A stretch of DNA of 64,000 nucleotides from Thermoproteota archaeon (GCA_026986575.1 JALSOH010000004.1:768001-832000); one strand, 5' to 3'. Numbered from the stretch's first letter, positions 28,428 to 39,324 are shown. The notes: generated by a model not told the origin, from the letters alone. Program-made: numbers and translations.

Positions 28428-29558
28428 ATGCCAAACTTCATCCCGCTGGAGACCCCGATCTACATGACGGCCACCTTCTTCAACCCGCTTCCCACTGGTG
28501 AACCCAGCATTTCAGATAGGGGCACGGACCTGAAGTACTCCAGGGAGGAGAACCCCACGGTCCGAGAACTCGAGAGGAACCTAGCTGATCTAGACGGTTT
28601 CGAGGACGGACTTGCTTTCAATAGTGGCATGGCTGCTATCTCAACTCTCCTTATGTCTAAGGCTAGGGAGGGCATCTTGATGGGTGTTGACGCTTATCCA
28701 ACCACGGTTGCACTCGCCCTTCGTCTGAGGGAGATGGGATTTCGGATTAAGCTGGTTCCCGTCAAAGAGGTAGTGGATGCCGTGTCCAATGAGTGGGGTC
28801 TCGTCTTCATCGAGACGATAACCAACCCCATATTGAGGATCCCCGACCTTCCATCTCTTTCGGACAGGTGCGGGGAGGAGGGGGTGGAGCTGGCAGTAGA
28901 TAACACATTCGCCTCTCCCGTCCTGCTGAAACCCAGTAAGTTTGCTTCCTACTCGATCCAGAGCGCCACCAAGTACTTGGCGGGCCACAATGATGTAATC
29001 GCGGGAGTCCTCACATCCGATGACGTTGGAGAGCTTTGGGAGTGGAGGAGAAGGCTGGGAACCATACTAGATCCCTTCAGGGCCTTCCTTGTCCTCAGAG
29101 GTTTGCAAACGCTGGAGCTAAGGGTGAGGAGGCACTCCCAAACTGCCTTGGAGGTAGCCAAGTTCCTAGAAGGGTGCGATCTAGTGGAGGAGGTCAGGTA
29201 CCCAGGCCTGGAGTCGCACCCCGATCATCGCATCGCGAGGGAGCTCTTCCACGGGATGTACGGCGGCGTCATAACCTTCATCCCTAGGGTGGATCCGGAG
29301 AGGATGTTCAGGCACCTCAAGGTGGTGAGGCCAGCTCCCAGCTTGGGAGCGCCTGCAAGCCTGATTAGCAGGCCCCTGACTTCAGCTTCCTCCCTACCTC
29401 CCTCCTTGGTTAAAGAGCTAGGGATAAGTGGGAGGACCGTTAGGCTCTCGGTGGGTCTCGAGGATCCTCAGCTCATAATTGATGACTTGAAGAGGGCATT
29501 AGAGCTGGCCCGCGCTCCCTCTCGGGAGGGAGAGGTCCCATCCTTTATTAGTTGGTAG
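28428..29558 (+). CDS. metB: Cystathionine gamma-synthase / Cys-Met metabolism PLP enzyme
   Basis: YSREENPT, FNSGMAAI, ETITNP, DNTFASP, SATKYLAGHND, RLSVGLE. Confidence 0.88.
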   Translation: MPNFIPLETPIYMTATFFNPLPTGEPSISDRGTDLKYSREENPTVRELERNLADLDGFEDGLAFNSGMAAISTLLMSKAREGILMGVDAYPTTVALALRLREMGFRIKLVPVKEVVDAVSNEWGLVFIETITNPILRIPDLPSLSDRCGEEGVELAVDNTFASPVLLKPSKFASYSIQSATKYLAGHNDVIAGVLTSDDVGELWEWRRRLGTILDPFRAFLVLRGLQTLELRVRRHSQTALEVAKFLEGCDLVEEVRYPGLESHPDHRIARELFHGMYGGVITFIPRVDPERMFRHLKVVRPAPSLGAPASLISRPLTSASSLPPSLVKELGISGRTVRLSVGLEDPQLIIDDLKRALELARAPSREGEVPSFISW

Positions 29559-31489
29559 AGTTCATTACTAATGTGAGAAGGCCCCCCGCGATCATACTCG
29601 CCGCAGGAAAGGCTACTCGAATGCAGCCCTACTCGCTAGAGGTGCCTAAGGCGCTCTTCGAGCTAGCGCCCAATCTCACAGTTCTGGACCTCACCATAAG
29701 GTGGTTGAGGGAGGAAGGCATCAAGGACATCATTATAGTGACTAGGCCGAGCCTCGCGAGGTTCTTCGTCGAGAGATATGGGGACAGCGTGAAGGTGGTC
29801 ACTACGGACAGGGAAGAGGGCTTTGGTAACCTCTACTCTTTCTTGACGGGTGTCCAGGCCGCTGACAGCTCCGAATATCTCGTGCTGATGTCGGATCACA
29901 TATTCGAGCCCGAGATCCTTAGGAGGATGCTCAGGAAGGAAGGGAGCAGGGCCTTTACCCTCTCCCTCGACAGGAATCCGCCTTGGGACAAACTGGAGGA
30001 GGGCCTTAAGGTGGTGCTGGAGGACGACGAGGTGAAGGAAGTCGGGAAGGACGCGGTGCCCCACTACGGGATAGATACGGGCATATTTTACTGCACCGAG
30101 AAGGCGGAGGTCATAGCCAGGGAGACCATAGAGGAGAAAGGGGAGAGAGCCACGATAGCTGATGCCTTGAGGAAGGCGATAGCCTACGGCGAGGTCTCGT
30201 ATGTGGATGTTACAGGCCTCATCTGGATGGATGTGGACACTCCGGAGGAGCTGGAGGAAGCGAGGAAGATACTGCCGCTCCTCCTCAGGAGGAGCCTTAT
30301 CAAGCCCGGAGACGGTCCGGTCTCCCGCTACATAAACAGGCAGATCTCCACTAGGCTCTCTGTTTCCCTCTTCTTGAGGGGCATATACGTCAGTCCAAAC
30401 CTGATATCGCTGCTGGCCTTCTCCCTGATGGGGCTGGCTGCGGTCCTCATATACAGGGGGTTTCTGGTTCCTGCAGCTCTCCTCATCCAGCTCTCCTCCA
30501 TAATAGATGGGATGGACGGCGAGGTGGCTAGGCTGTTCGGCACGGCCAGCAAATTTGGGGGCCTGCTAGATGCCTTCCTCGATAGGTACTCAGATCTGCT
30601 GATCGTTGCAGCGATTGGAACTGGGATCATGTTCCGGGAGCCTTGGCAGATCTTCCTCCTCGGACTGGCTGCTGGAAACGTTTTCGTTACGAGCTACGTC
30701 TCTCACTTAGCTGGTTGGAGCACCGAGAGGGTGGTAAGGCTAAGGGCTTGGAGTCCTGCCAGCAGGGATGTGAGGTTACTCGTTGCAGCCGTGATGACCG
30801 CATTGGGGATGTTCTGGCCTTTCCTCTGGTACATGGCACTGGTACCCCTCGCCTTCTCCGCCTACATGGTGATAGCATCTCGAATTCCGGGGAAGCCCAT
30901 CAAACTAGAGAGGAGAACCCCTAAACCCGAAGTGAAGGTAAAGAAGGTCAGAAAGAGGGTGACCCCGCTGGAGGCGAATCTAAGGGTTCTCCTAGCCTCA
31001 TCCATAAAACTGACCCTCTGGGTGATAGTCATCAGGCTCTTCTACGGACTGGTGGCCGATCTGGGTCCTCTGATGATTCTGGACCTTGCGGTCAGCCCTG
31101 TGACCGTGTTGAATATGGCCGAGTTCATAGTGGTGGTTTACTTCGGTTACAGGATCCTCCTCTCTGTAAAGTCACTCCTCGACCTCTTGAGCAAGTGGCT
31201 CGTCAGGGAGATGGGCCTCGTAACTGAGGCAGCTGTGAAGAGGGCGCTTGCCGACATCTTCTACCTCGCTCTGATATCCCTCCTGATAATGTTCGTTCCC
31301 AGCTACTTGGAGGAGGTTCCGCTAGGCAGCATAGTCTCAAAGGTAGCTCTACTGGTGCTCCTCTTCCTGTTCCTCCTGTTCTTCTATGATCTGGCGAAGC
31401 TGTTCTACAGGAGCTTCAAGGGCTTCTTCGACAGGCAGATATCCAAGATAGCTGAAAGACTCTCTGTTGCCGTGGAGGGGGAGGAATGA
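29552..31489 (+). CDS. Bifunctional IPCT/DIPPS-like (NTP transferase + CDP-alcohol phosphotransferase) with an extra C-terminal membrane domain
   Basis: ILAAGKATRM..PK, MSDH, DTG, WMDVDTPEE; DGPVSRYINR, DGMDGEVAR..G..FGGLLDAFLDRYSD, SRDVR. Confidence 0.88.
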   Translation: MVEFITNVRRPPAIILAAGKATRMQPYSLEVPKALFELAPNLTVLDLTIRWLREEGIKDIIIVTRPSLARFFVERYGDSVKVVTTDREEGFGNLYSFLTGVQAADSSEYLVLMSDHIFEPEILRRMLRKEGSRAFTLSLDRNPPWDKLEEGLKVVLEDDEVKEVGKDAVPHYGIDTGIFYCTEKAEVIARETIEEKGERATIADALRKAIAYGEVSYVDVTGLIWMDVDTPEELEEARKILPLLLRRSLIKPGDGPVSRYINRQISTRLSVSLFLRGIYVSPNLISLLAFSLMGLAAVLIYRGFLVPAALLIQLSSIIDGMDGEVARLFGTASKFGGLLDAFLDRYSDLLIVAAIGTGIMFREPWQIFLLGLAAGNVFVTSYVSHLAGWSTERVVRLRAWSPASRDVRLLVAAVMTALGMFWPFLWYMALVPLAFSAYMVIASRIPGKPIKLERRTPKPEVKVKKVRKRVTPLEANLRVLLASSIKLTLWVIVIRLFYGLVADLGPLMILDLAVSPVTVLNMAEFIVVVYFGYRILLSVKSLLDLLSKWLVREMGLVTEAAVKRALADIFYLALISLLIMFVPSYLEEVPLGSIVSKVALLVLLFLFLLFFYDLAKLFYRSFKGFFDRQISKIAERLSVAVEGEE

Positions 31490-31570
31490 CTCGATTCATA
31501 GGAGATGAGGGAAAGATTAACCATTAATAGCCCTCTAGGTAGAATAAAAGAAGGCCGAGGAGATGGGTGG

Positions 31571-32608
31571 ATGGAGGATCCCTTAGACGAGCTCGAGGTG
31601 GAGGTGGACATAAGGCTAGTCAAGGATGGGAAAGTTATCCTTGATGGAAGACTAGCGGAACTCCTAAAGGCAGTCTCTAGGACGGGTTCCCTTCTAGCGG
31701 CCGCGAAGCTCATTGGAATTCCTTACTCTAAGGCATGGAGAGACATTAATTCGGTCGAAAGGAAGCTAGGGATAAGCATAGTAGTCCCTAGGAGGGGAGG
31801 GAAACGAGGGGGTGGGATGACACTCACACTCTACGGTGAGGAGCTGCTTTCCATGTACGAAAAGGCTGAAGAGGATATGGGAAAGCGGAGAAAACCCATT
31901 ACTGGTAAGTTTGAGAGACCGGACTTACTTGTGGCCGGGAGCCATGATCTACTGCTGGAGAGGGCCCTCAAGATGATCACCGAATACAATGTCGAGGTTC
32001 ATTGGATAGGTTCATATGGCGGCCTTCTCTCCATTCTGATGGGAGATGCCGATCTTTCAGGTATTCATCTGCTAGATCCTAGAACTGGTGAGTACAACAC
32101 CCATGTAATGCGCGAGATTTTCCCCAATGGAGGTGCAATCCTCATTAGGGGATATTATAGGGAAGTGGGATGGGCATTTAGGAAGGGCTACTCCTTCAAA
32201 GTAGAGGATCTGTTCATGGGAAAGGCCATCCTCGCTAACAGAAACAAGGGATCGGGCATGAGATTACTCCTAGACAGGTTACTCTCGAGAGAGGCATATG
32301 GAAATGGATTACCTAGAGAGTCGATAAAGGGTATCAAGGGATATAAGACCGAATATTCGGCCCACACGGAGGCCTGCCTCGCAGTTGTTGAGGGTAAGGC
32401 CGATGTAACCCTTACAGTACTCCCCGCGGCTGAGATGTATGGATTGGAATTTGAGAGCATAGGATGGGAGAGATACGACTTCATAGTGAGAGAAGGGGTT
32501 AACAGCGATATCATAGAGGATGTACTCGAAGTCATCAAGAGGGGAACTCCGCCCAGAGGCTACAGGATTCCATCGAACTTCGGCTCCCCTGTCAATTTCG
32601 TACAATAA
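31571..32608 (+). CDS. ModE-type wHTH + PBP-superfamily (molybdate/tungstate-binding) regulator
   Basis: LLKAVSRTGSLLAAAK..IPYSKAW, RGGKRGGG; GSHD, GSYGGL, GIHLLD, NRNKGSGMR, ERYDF. Confidence 0.88.
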   Translation: MEDPLDELEVEVDIRLVKDGKVILDGRLAELLKAVSRTGSLLAAAKLIGIPYSKAWRDINSVERKLGISIVVPRRGGKRGGGMTLTLYGEELLSMYEKAEEDMGKRRKPITGKFERPDLLVAGSHDLLLERALKMITEYNVEVHWIGSYGGLLSILMGDADLSGIHLLDPRTGEYNTHVMREIFPNGGAILIRGYYREVGWAFRKGYSFKVEDLFMGKAILANRNKGSGMRLLLDRLLSREAYGNGLPRESIKGIKGYKTEYSAHTEACLAVVEGKADVTLTVLPAAEMYGLEFESIGWERYDFIVREGVNSDIIEDVLEVIKRGTPPRGYRIPSNFGSPVNFVQ

Positions 32609-32626
32609 AAAGGGGAAGGTGTGGGT

Positions 32627-33572
32627 TCATGGAGGTAAGAACACCGTCATCACACCTGCCTCCAAGATGGTCACTCTAAGTAGGAACCCTCCGACTAGTA
32701 TGAGTGCTGATCCAATCAATGGTAAGATGCAACTTCTAGCGATGTTTTTAATGGCTCCCTCCTTGGCATACTTCGTTCTTAGATAGAACACTAGCATGAG
32801 GAAAGCTGCACCTACTATAGCCAGATCTAGATAGGCCCAGAAAGTACGTGATACTTCCCCAAAGAGCATCATATTTACCTGCAGCTGCTGCCTCGTTGGG
32901 CCCGTAAGAGTATATGTAGTAGTAAACTACAACTATCGAGAGCTCTATTGCAGTTGCTATAGCACCTCACTTGGCCATCTTGGTGCAGTGATCCCTATAC
33001 CTAGCCCTCTCCTCCTCTGGTACCCTCAATCCCTCTGCTATGTTAACTACGGCAACGAGAGCAATTCCAGTAGCTAAGGCACTGGCAACGAAGAGCGCCG
33101 GGAGCCCAGGAGAGTGCCAGAACGGAACGGCCTTTGCCACGCCCAGTAGTATGCCCGTGTAGGTCGCTACCCCCAACCCGAGTATTGAGGCTATCCATCC
33201 TAGGAGCCACATCCCTGATTCGCTTTCGGCCCAAGGAAGCCATTTGAATGGTTTGAAGAAGGCAGCCGTGTAGAGAAGCCCAAATGCTATGAAGAGCATT
33301 ATCAACACACTGCCCTTAAAGATCCAGGAATCGACCTTGAAGGAGGTTATGGTGAGGTAGAAGAGCTCTGGCTTCTCCAGATCCATTATTAAGAACAGAA
33401 CGCCAATGACAACTGAAACCAGCGATAGCACTGCCGATACTGCCGCCACGCCCTCCTCCTTCCTATAGGTGTGGAAGTAATGGGCGAAGAGCATGGAAGC
33501 ACCGCCCATTCCACCCAAAAAGAGGTAAGCAGCTATAAGCGGCCCCCAAACCTGCTGCACCAGAGGATCCAT
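32627..33572 (-). pseudogene. psrC: NrfD/PsrC membrane anchor, interrupted
   Basis: WGPLIAAYLFLGG, DLEKP, YTGILL, PFW; in-frame TGA at 32967-32969 and +1 frameshift near 32879. Confidence 0.85.
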
Positions 33573-33583
33573 ACAAACACCTC

Positions 33584-34145
33584 CTAAACTTGGATGGATC
33601 TCCTTATATAGAACACCTTGGGCTTGGTCCCTAGATCAGGTCTGAGCGGTACAGCAGTCCCTGATGCCACTAGCTTGTATACCTCGCTGTCAGGATCGTC
33701 TAGGTCGCCGAATATCCTTACATGGCCAACACAAGTCTCAACGCAGGCTGTTCCAGACCTTTAACTACCCTGTTATCGAAGCAGAAGGTGCACTTATCTA
33801 CGGATCTGATTCTATGGTCCACGTACCTCGCGTTGTACGGGCAGGCGACTATGCAGTACTTGCAGCCAATACATAGCTCGTGATTCACTAGCACGACTCC
33901 ATCCTCGTTTACATAGCTCGCGCCAGTTGGGCAGACAGAGACACAAGGGGGATTTTCGCAGTGCATGCACAGTCTAGGAATGAACATCCTAGCAACATTT
34001 GGAAATTCGCCAAAGAAGAACTCTGGAACATGAGTTCTCCTCTTCCCTTCCCTCCAAGCGGTATCATTCTCTAGGTCACAGGCGGCGATACAAGCCCCAC
34101 AACCTATACAGCTTCGGGTATCTATCACCATGCCGTATCTACCAT
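33584..34145 (-). pseudogene. psrB: PsrB/NrfC 4x[4Fe-4S] subunit, interrupted
   Basis: CIGCGACIAAC, CMHCENPPCVSVCP, CIGCKYCIVACP, KCTFC; one base missing after ATG (ATGGTAGA vs M-x-RYGMVID) and one near 33750, whose repair restores PACVETC...FGDLDDP...KPKVFY. Confidence 0.88.
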
Positions 34146-34155
34146 AAATATCACC

Positions 34156-36664
34156 TTATACTCTCTCAACCTTAACTAAGATTTCCTGAGTCAGAGCATT
34201 TGGTAACAGCTTGAATGGTTTATCAAACTGAGCCCACAATTTGTTTAAAGCCACACCCCTCACTTTCCTAGCAAAGGCAAGCTTGTTGCTCTCCTGGCCC
34301 CACCCTGACACAGTGAATATTGTATCAGGCCTAATCGCCTCAGTTACAAAGGCCACGGCCACGGTGCTATTTCCCGACTGTAAGCTGGTTAGTCTCACTA
34401 GATCGCCCTCCTCTATCCCTAACTCTTTGGCCTTTTTGGCGTTTATCCAAACTCCGAAATGCGCTTTTCTTCCTATGGAGAGTAGCAACTCGTTGTCGGA
34501 TGTGTGGGTATGACTCGTTATTGGACTCCTGCCGTAAGTTAGGTAGAAGACATCGCCTCCGGCCCTATTGTGAACTCTTGGGGGTACCCACTCAGGTAAC
34601 GGGCTCCATATAGGGTCTTTACCAGCCTTAGCGGTTATGGCAGCTAGCTTGAAGCTGTATATCTCGACCTTCCCTGAGGGGATGTTCAAAGGCTTCTTAT
34701 AAGGCATAGTACCCACCAATTTCTCCCTAGGTACCTTAACTACGACTCCTTTGCTCTCTAGGTCGCTCAGTGAAATGCCCTTCGCCTCGGCAAGGACCTT
34801 TCTGAGTCCAGCAATGCCTTCACTCTCATAACCCTCCATAAGCTTCTTGTAATCCTTGAATCCCATTATGGCGGCGACAGCCTTGAAGTAGGCCTCCCTC
34901 ATACCCAACTTGTCTGCTATGCCCACTAGAATGTCGATCATTGGTCTACTATCATAGAGGGGCTCAACAGCCTTGTATGCAGTGTACACAGCCGCATCCG
35001 GAGTGAAGCCAATTCCGAATAGTGGATCGTCCCTCTCTAGGTAGGTGGTATCAGGCAGTATGACATCCGCATACATGGCTGTGTCCGTGGGCATGTTGTC
35101 AATTACAATGACGTCTTCTAGCTTGAGGAATATTTCCTTGACCTTCTTATCATCGGGCAGTGTTCTGACCCAATTACCTCCACCCAAGAGCAGCGACTTT
35201 ATGGGATAGGGATCTCCATGTACAACTGCATCATATAATGCGAGCACGTTTGCTTGTGCGTTGTTCACGATTATACCCTTCTTCTTGGACCATTGAACAT
35301 CAAATCTTGCATCTGGAAGCGGTTTCGACTTTACAGATCTACCAGCTGCGTTGAATACTAATCCACCTGGCTTATCGATGTTACCGACCAGCGCATTTAA
35401 GATAGCAACCATCCTCCAAGTCTGGACCGAGTTTTCGTACTTGGGGTCATGCCACCCCGGATCAATGACGGATGGCCTGTAAGTCCCAAACTCAACGGCA
35501 ACCTTCTCAATGAGATCAGCGGGAATGTCGCATATCTTGGCAGCCCAATCTGGTGAGTAGCTCTCCAGTTTCTCCATCATAACTTGGAACACTGGCTTTG
35601 CTTTGACTGAGGAACCGTCCTCTAGAACCAATGTCGAACTCGCCAGTTAGAGCCGGATCGGCCGCGCTGTCATGAGGTGAGACCCTATCCTGCTGGGCAT
35701 CGTAGACCAAGTATCTCTTCTTACCTGTATTCTCATCGGTCCATACCTTCACCGGTGTTCCAGTATTGGTGTCTAGTAGCATCGGGGCATTAGTGTACTT
35801 CTTCAGGAAGTAGTCGTCGTAAAGCCCCCTCTTTATCAGTACATGCCCTATCGCCAAGAGGAATGCCAAATCTGTCCCGGGTTTCAATGGGACCAATATA
35901 TCAGCAATGGCAGCACTCTCACTCAGTCTTGGATCCAGTACCACGATCTTCGCTCCTCTCTTCTTAGCCAAGGCTAACGTTGTAGCTTAGGGAACTCCCA
36001 AACTGCCCGCCAGGTTTCTCCTCAGTAGGATTATGTATCTGGCATTCTGGTGATCCGCCCTTATATGCGGGTGGCCTCCAGCGCCTATAGTTACCGTCCA
36101 AGCGAAGGCCTTTGGGAAGAAGCACATGGATGGTGGGCTCCCTAGGCCATTGGGAGAACCTATCATCTTCCCAATCCCGACTACGAAGGGCTTACACAGG
36201 GCGCAAGGAAGCCAGCCACCTCCACAGGCGAATGTTTTCGGATCCTCTTCCTTTCTCTTCTTCAGGATGTTGGCCACGTATTCGAGGGCTTCGTTCCAGC
36301 TTACCTCTTCGAATCCCTCCCAGCTGCCTCTCTTTCCCTTATCGGTTCTTATCATGGGAGACTTTATTCTATGGGGATTGTACAACCTCTCTATCCCTGA
36401 CTGGCCTCTGGCGCATATCTTGCCCAGGCTGTGGGGATCGTTTGGATTCCCATAGATCTTGACCGCTCTGCCATCGACGACCTTGACCTTTATAGCGCAG
36501 CGGTTTACACACATCGTGCAGATGGAGTGGACATATCTCTCCTCCCTGCTTTGGGTAGCGGCTTTCAACGCCCTGAATGCATACTCAGTAGTCCCGTAAA
36601 CTGAAGCTAGTGCTCCAGTTACCGCTGCTAACTTTAGGAATTCCCTCCTACTAATTGGTATCAT
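34156..36664 (-). pseudogene. psrA: PsrA/PhsA-type Tat-exported molybdopterin oxidoreductase, interrupted
   Basis: Tat SRREFLK, CTMCVNRC..C, Cys ligand region PPSMCF, DVILPDTTYLER; in-frame TAA at 35987-35989 and +1 frameshift near 35630. Confidence 0.88.
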
Positions 36665-36731
36665 GTGCCTCACCTGGGGAAGCCCCATAAGGTACCACTA
36701 TGAAATTTTTAAAAATTTACAAATATTCATA

Positions 36732-36750
36732 TGTTATTCTGGCTATGACA
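36732..36750. promoter_or_regulatory. Imperfect palindrome TGTTAT-N7-ATGACA upstream of the psrA TATA box
   Basis: One mismatch; candidate site for the ModE-like regulator (inference). Confidence 0.3.
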
Positions 36751-36868
36751 ACGCTTTATTTGACGCATTATCCTGTATGGAGAATAATAAAATTGCATTA
36801 TGCTGCTATAGATAAACGATTAAAAATAAGGATATAACAATACTTTTTTAAAAAGAAGGGGAGGGAAA

Positions 36869-37303
36869 TCACTCGCCACACTCGGAAGCGCAGCTTCCTA
36901 TAGCTTTGAGCGAATTGAATACTATTGCCAGCCCTCTCTGAATATCGGGATCCCTCAGCCTACTCAGCATACCAGTTAATGTCACCCTGTCCTCCTTTTC
37001 AACGGCTTCCGCAATCTTCTCTAGGCATTCAGGGGCTCCCAGAAATGAAGCTGACCCCATCAGTTCCGCTATAGCCCTCACAGTCTCCTCCTTGAGGAAC
37101 CCTCTCTGGAGTGCCACTAGGGAGAACAGTACTCCATACAGGTCATCGAGCATACCTGCCTCGGAGAACAACTCCAACTTACTCAGCAGCGCATCCATCC
37201 TATCTAGGTATTTTTCCAACTTATCCGCATTATCAAGCAGCTTCTCCAGCTTCTTTACCTTATCTGGATCGGATAGTATCTCACTCAGCTTGTCCTCAGC
37301 CAT
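36869..37303 (-). CDS. DUF1641 protein
   Basis: C-terminal GMLSRLRDPDIQRGL; directly downstream of sqr. Confidence 0.85.
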   Translation of the reverse strand: MAEDKLSEILSDPDKVKKLEKLLDNADKLEKYLDRMDALLSKLELFSEAGMLDDLYGVLFSLVALQRGFLKEETVRAIAELMGSASFLGAPECLEKIAEAVEKEDRVTLTGMLSRLRDPDIQRGLAIVFNSLKAIGSCASECGE

Positions 37304-37315
37304 AATCAACACCTC

Positions 37316-38455
37316 CTAGATCATCCCGCTCAATATGCACCTCCAATACATCTTGTTCATAGCTAGCTTCATAGCGTGAAGCAGCCAGTTAGGTATCAAA
37401 CCGGGAGGGACGTCGTAGAAGTAGTTAGATACTTGAGCTGATGCCTTGCCCATTCCAGTCTCTATAACACAGAAGCTCTGTCCATCAAAGAGCTCCTTGG
37501 TACCCTCCCCAGTTATCTCAACTGCTAAGTTGTTAGCCAGTGTGGCGGCTTGGAAGTGCGCTATGACACCGGTCTTGGGTGTCGGAAGTGCAGTGGCGTC
37601 TCCTACTGCGAAGGCATCATCGTATCCCTCTACATTAAGGAAATACTTGTCAACGGGGATCCAACCCTCATCATCGCCTATCCCAGAATCCCTAACTACC
37701 TTTGCGCCTTGCTGGGGAGGTGTGAGTATCAATAGGTCGTATTCGAGTGAATCTCCTTCGAGTGAGTTGACCACCTTCTTCTCAGGATCTACCGTATCGA
37801 CAGAGAAGAATGTTATCACATCAATGCCCCTCTTCTTCATCTCGTCCTCTATTACCTTATTGAGGAGGTGTGGCGCATAAGCCCTGTCTATTGGGGAGAC
37901 ATACTTAATCTCTATCTTATCTCTCACGCCCCTCCTTCTGAATATCTCCTCAGCTAAGAACACTATCTCCAGAGGAGCTACGGGGCACTTGTAAAGCAAG
38001 CCACCTATTCCAACGATAACCTTGCCCTCCTTTATTGAGAAGAGCTTCTTCCTGAGCTTCATAGCTGCATCGTAGTTCCAGAAGTGATCAACGCCTTCAG
38101 TAAATCCGGGTATCTCATCCGGATTTAGGCTCGAACCAGTGGCGATCACCAAGTAGTCATAAGTTTTCTTTGTTCCATCGGATATCTCAACACTTCTATT
38201 GTCTAAATCTATTTTCTTAGCCTCCCCTTTAGTGAATTTCACTCCTTTCCTGAAAAGTTTAGGTCTTCTTCTGGAAATATCCTCCTTTTCCGCTTCCCCC
38301 GTAGCGACGAAAAGGAATCCTGGTTGGTACCAGTGAATATCGCTCTTGTCCACGACTTCTACCTCAACTTGGTCGGGGGATAGCTTCTTCACCAGCCTAT
38401 TTGCAAGAATAGTACCCCCATCTCCTCCGCCTAGAATCAGCACTTTCTTGGCCAT
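37316..38455 (-). CDS. sqr: Sulfide:quinone oxidoreductase-family flavoprotein
   Basis: LILGGGDGG, HWYQPG, YDYLVIATG, YKCPVAPLE, GDAT..PKTG, FCVIETG. Confidence 0.85.
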   Translation of the reverse strand: MAKKVLILGGGDGGTILANRLVKKLSPDQVEVEVVDKSDIHWYQPGFLFVATGEAEKEDISRRRPKLFRKGVKFTKGEAKKIDLDNRSVEISDGTKKTYDYLVIATGSSLNPDEIPGFTEGVDHFWNYDAAMKLRKKLFSIKEGKVIVGIGGLLYKCPVAPLEIVFLAEEIFRRRGVRDKIEIKYVSPIDRAYAPHLLNKVIEDEMKKRGIDVITFFSVDTVDPEKKVVNSLEGDSLEYDLLILTPPQQGAKVVRDSGIGDDEGWIPVDKYFLNVEGYDDAFAVGDATALPTPKTGVIAHFQAATLANNLAVEITGEGTKELFDGQSFCVIETGMGKASAQVSNYFYDVPPGLIPNWLLHAMKLAMNKMYWRCILSGMI

Positions 38456-38605
38456 CGCTAACACCCATATATTCCCATCTGAGGAACTTCTGCTTCCCTC
38501 TAGTGTATAATTAAAATCTTCTTGAATGAACGTATAAACATAAGAAACTACAATAAAATTAGGGATGAATCCAGTGAATGAAAAAGTAGTGGTTGATGTG
38601 TGGGG

Positions 38606-38848
38606 TCATCTTGCAGTTACTTTTATTAGTGCCCTGATGACCCCACCCTCTTCCGTCAAGCTAAGGAGCTCATTGCCAGTTCTCTTGACCCAAGCCTCCA
38701 CATCCGCCTTGAAGCCCGCATCAGTAGCGAGTACCTCTATTATATCCCCATTCTTGGCCTTCCTGTATGCTTTGATTAGACTCGTGAGGGGTCCGGGGCA
38801 GGCAACACCCCTGGCATCAACGGTTACAGTCGGCTGAACATCTGACAT
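38606..38848 (-). CDS. tusA: TusA sulfur carrier
   Basis: VDARGVACPGP, EVLATDAG. Confidence 0.95.
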   Translation of the reverse strand: MSDVQPTVTVDARGVACPGPLTSLIKAYRKAKNGDIIEVLATDAGFKADVEAWVKRTGNELLSLTEEGGVIRALIKVTAR

Positions 38849-38857
38849 ACCGATCAC

Positions 38858-39265
38858 CTACACGAATATTACCTCGTAGTCCGACATCTCTGCTAAAAAT
38901 GTTGCGGCCCCCACAACGTCATCTACGATTGGGTCTACATGGTCTTTGGAGAAGCCCAGAGCTTCCATAGTCATGGAGCAGACCATGATCTTCACGTCAC
39001 CCAGCTCCTTAGCATCCTTGAGCATGTCGTACCAAGAGGGAGCTTTCATCTTGGCCATGCCCTCGAACATTTTCTGTCCCCACTCCATGAACTCTTGGGG
39101 TAACTTAGGCTCAGGTTTCTCCTTCATGAAGTAGGGTGTCGCAAAGCTGGTGACGAAGATCCTTACAGGCATGTCGTAATTGGCCGCAGTCTGGGCCAAG
39201 ACACCAGCCAAAACGAGGGTATCTGCTCTACCAGAGTACAGGACGATACCTAGACCCCTGGCCAC
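38858..39265 (-). CDS. dsrE: DsrE/DrsH-like sulfur-relay protein
   Basis: WYDMLKDAKELGDVKIMVCSMTM, DDVVGAATFL; GTG start after GGTGA. Confidence 0.88.
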   Translation of the reverse strand: MARGLGIVLYSGRADTLVLAGVLAQTAANYDMPVRIFVTSFATPYFMKEKPEPKLPQEFMEWGQKMFEGMAKMKAPSWYDMLKDAKELGDVKIMVCSMTMEALGFSKDHVDPIVDDVVGAATFLAEMSDYEVIFV

Positions 39266-39305
39266 TAAGATCACCGCCTCAAGGCTTCTCGTCAACAATT
39301 TTAAG

Positions 39306-39324
39306 TTTGCGGTGGATCCGCAAA
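39306..39324. promoter_or_regulatory. Perfect inverted repeat TTTGCGG-N5-CCGCAAA
   Basis: Abuts the dsrE TATA box in the divergent dsrE/CCG intergenic region. Confidence 0.55.

Noticed and set aside
32967-32969. Selenocysteine at the in-frame TGA of psrC
   Set aside because: The context fits Trp in a TM region, the same gene has a frameshift, and no SECIS was evident
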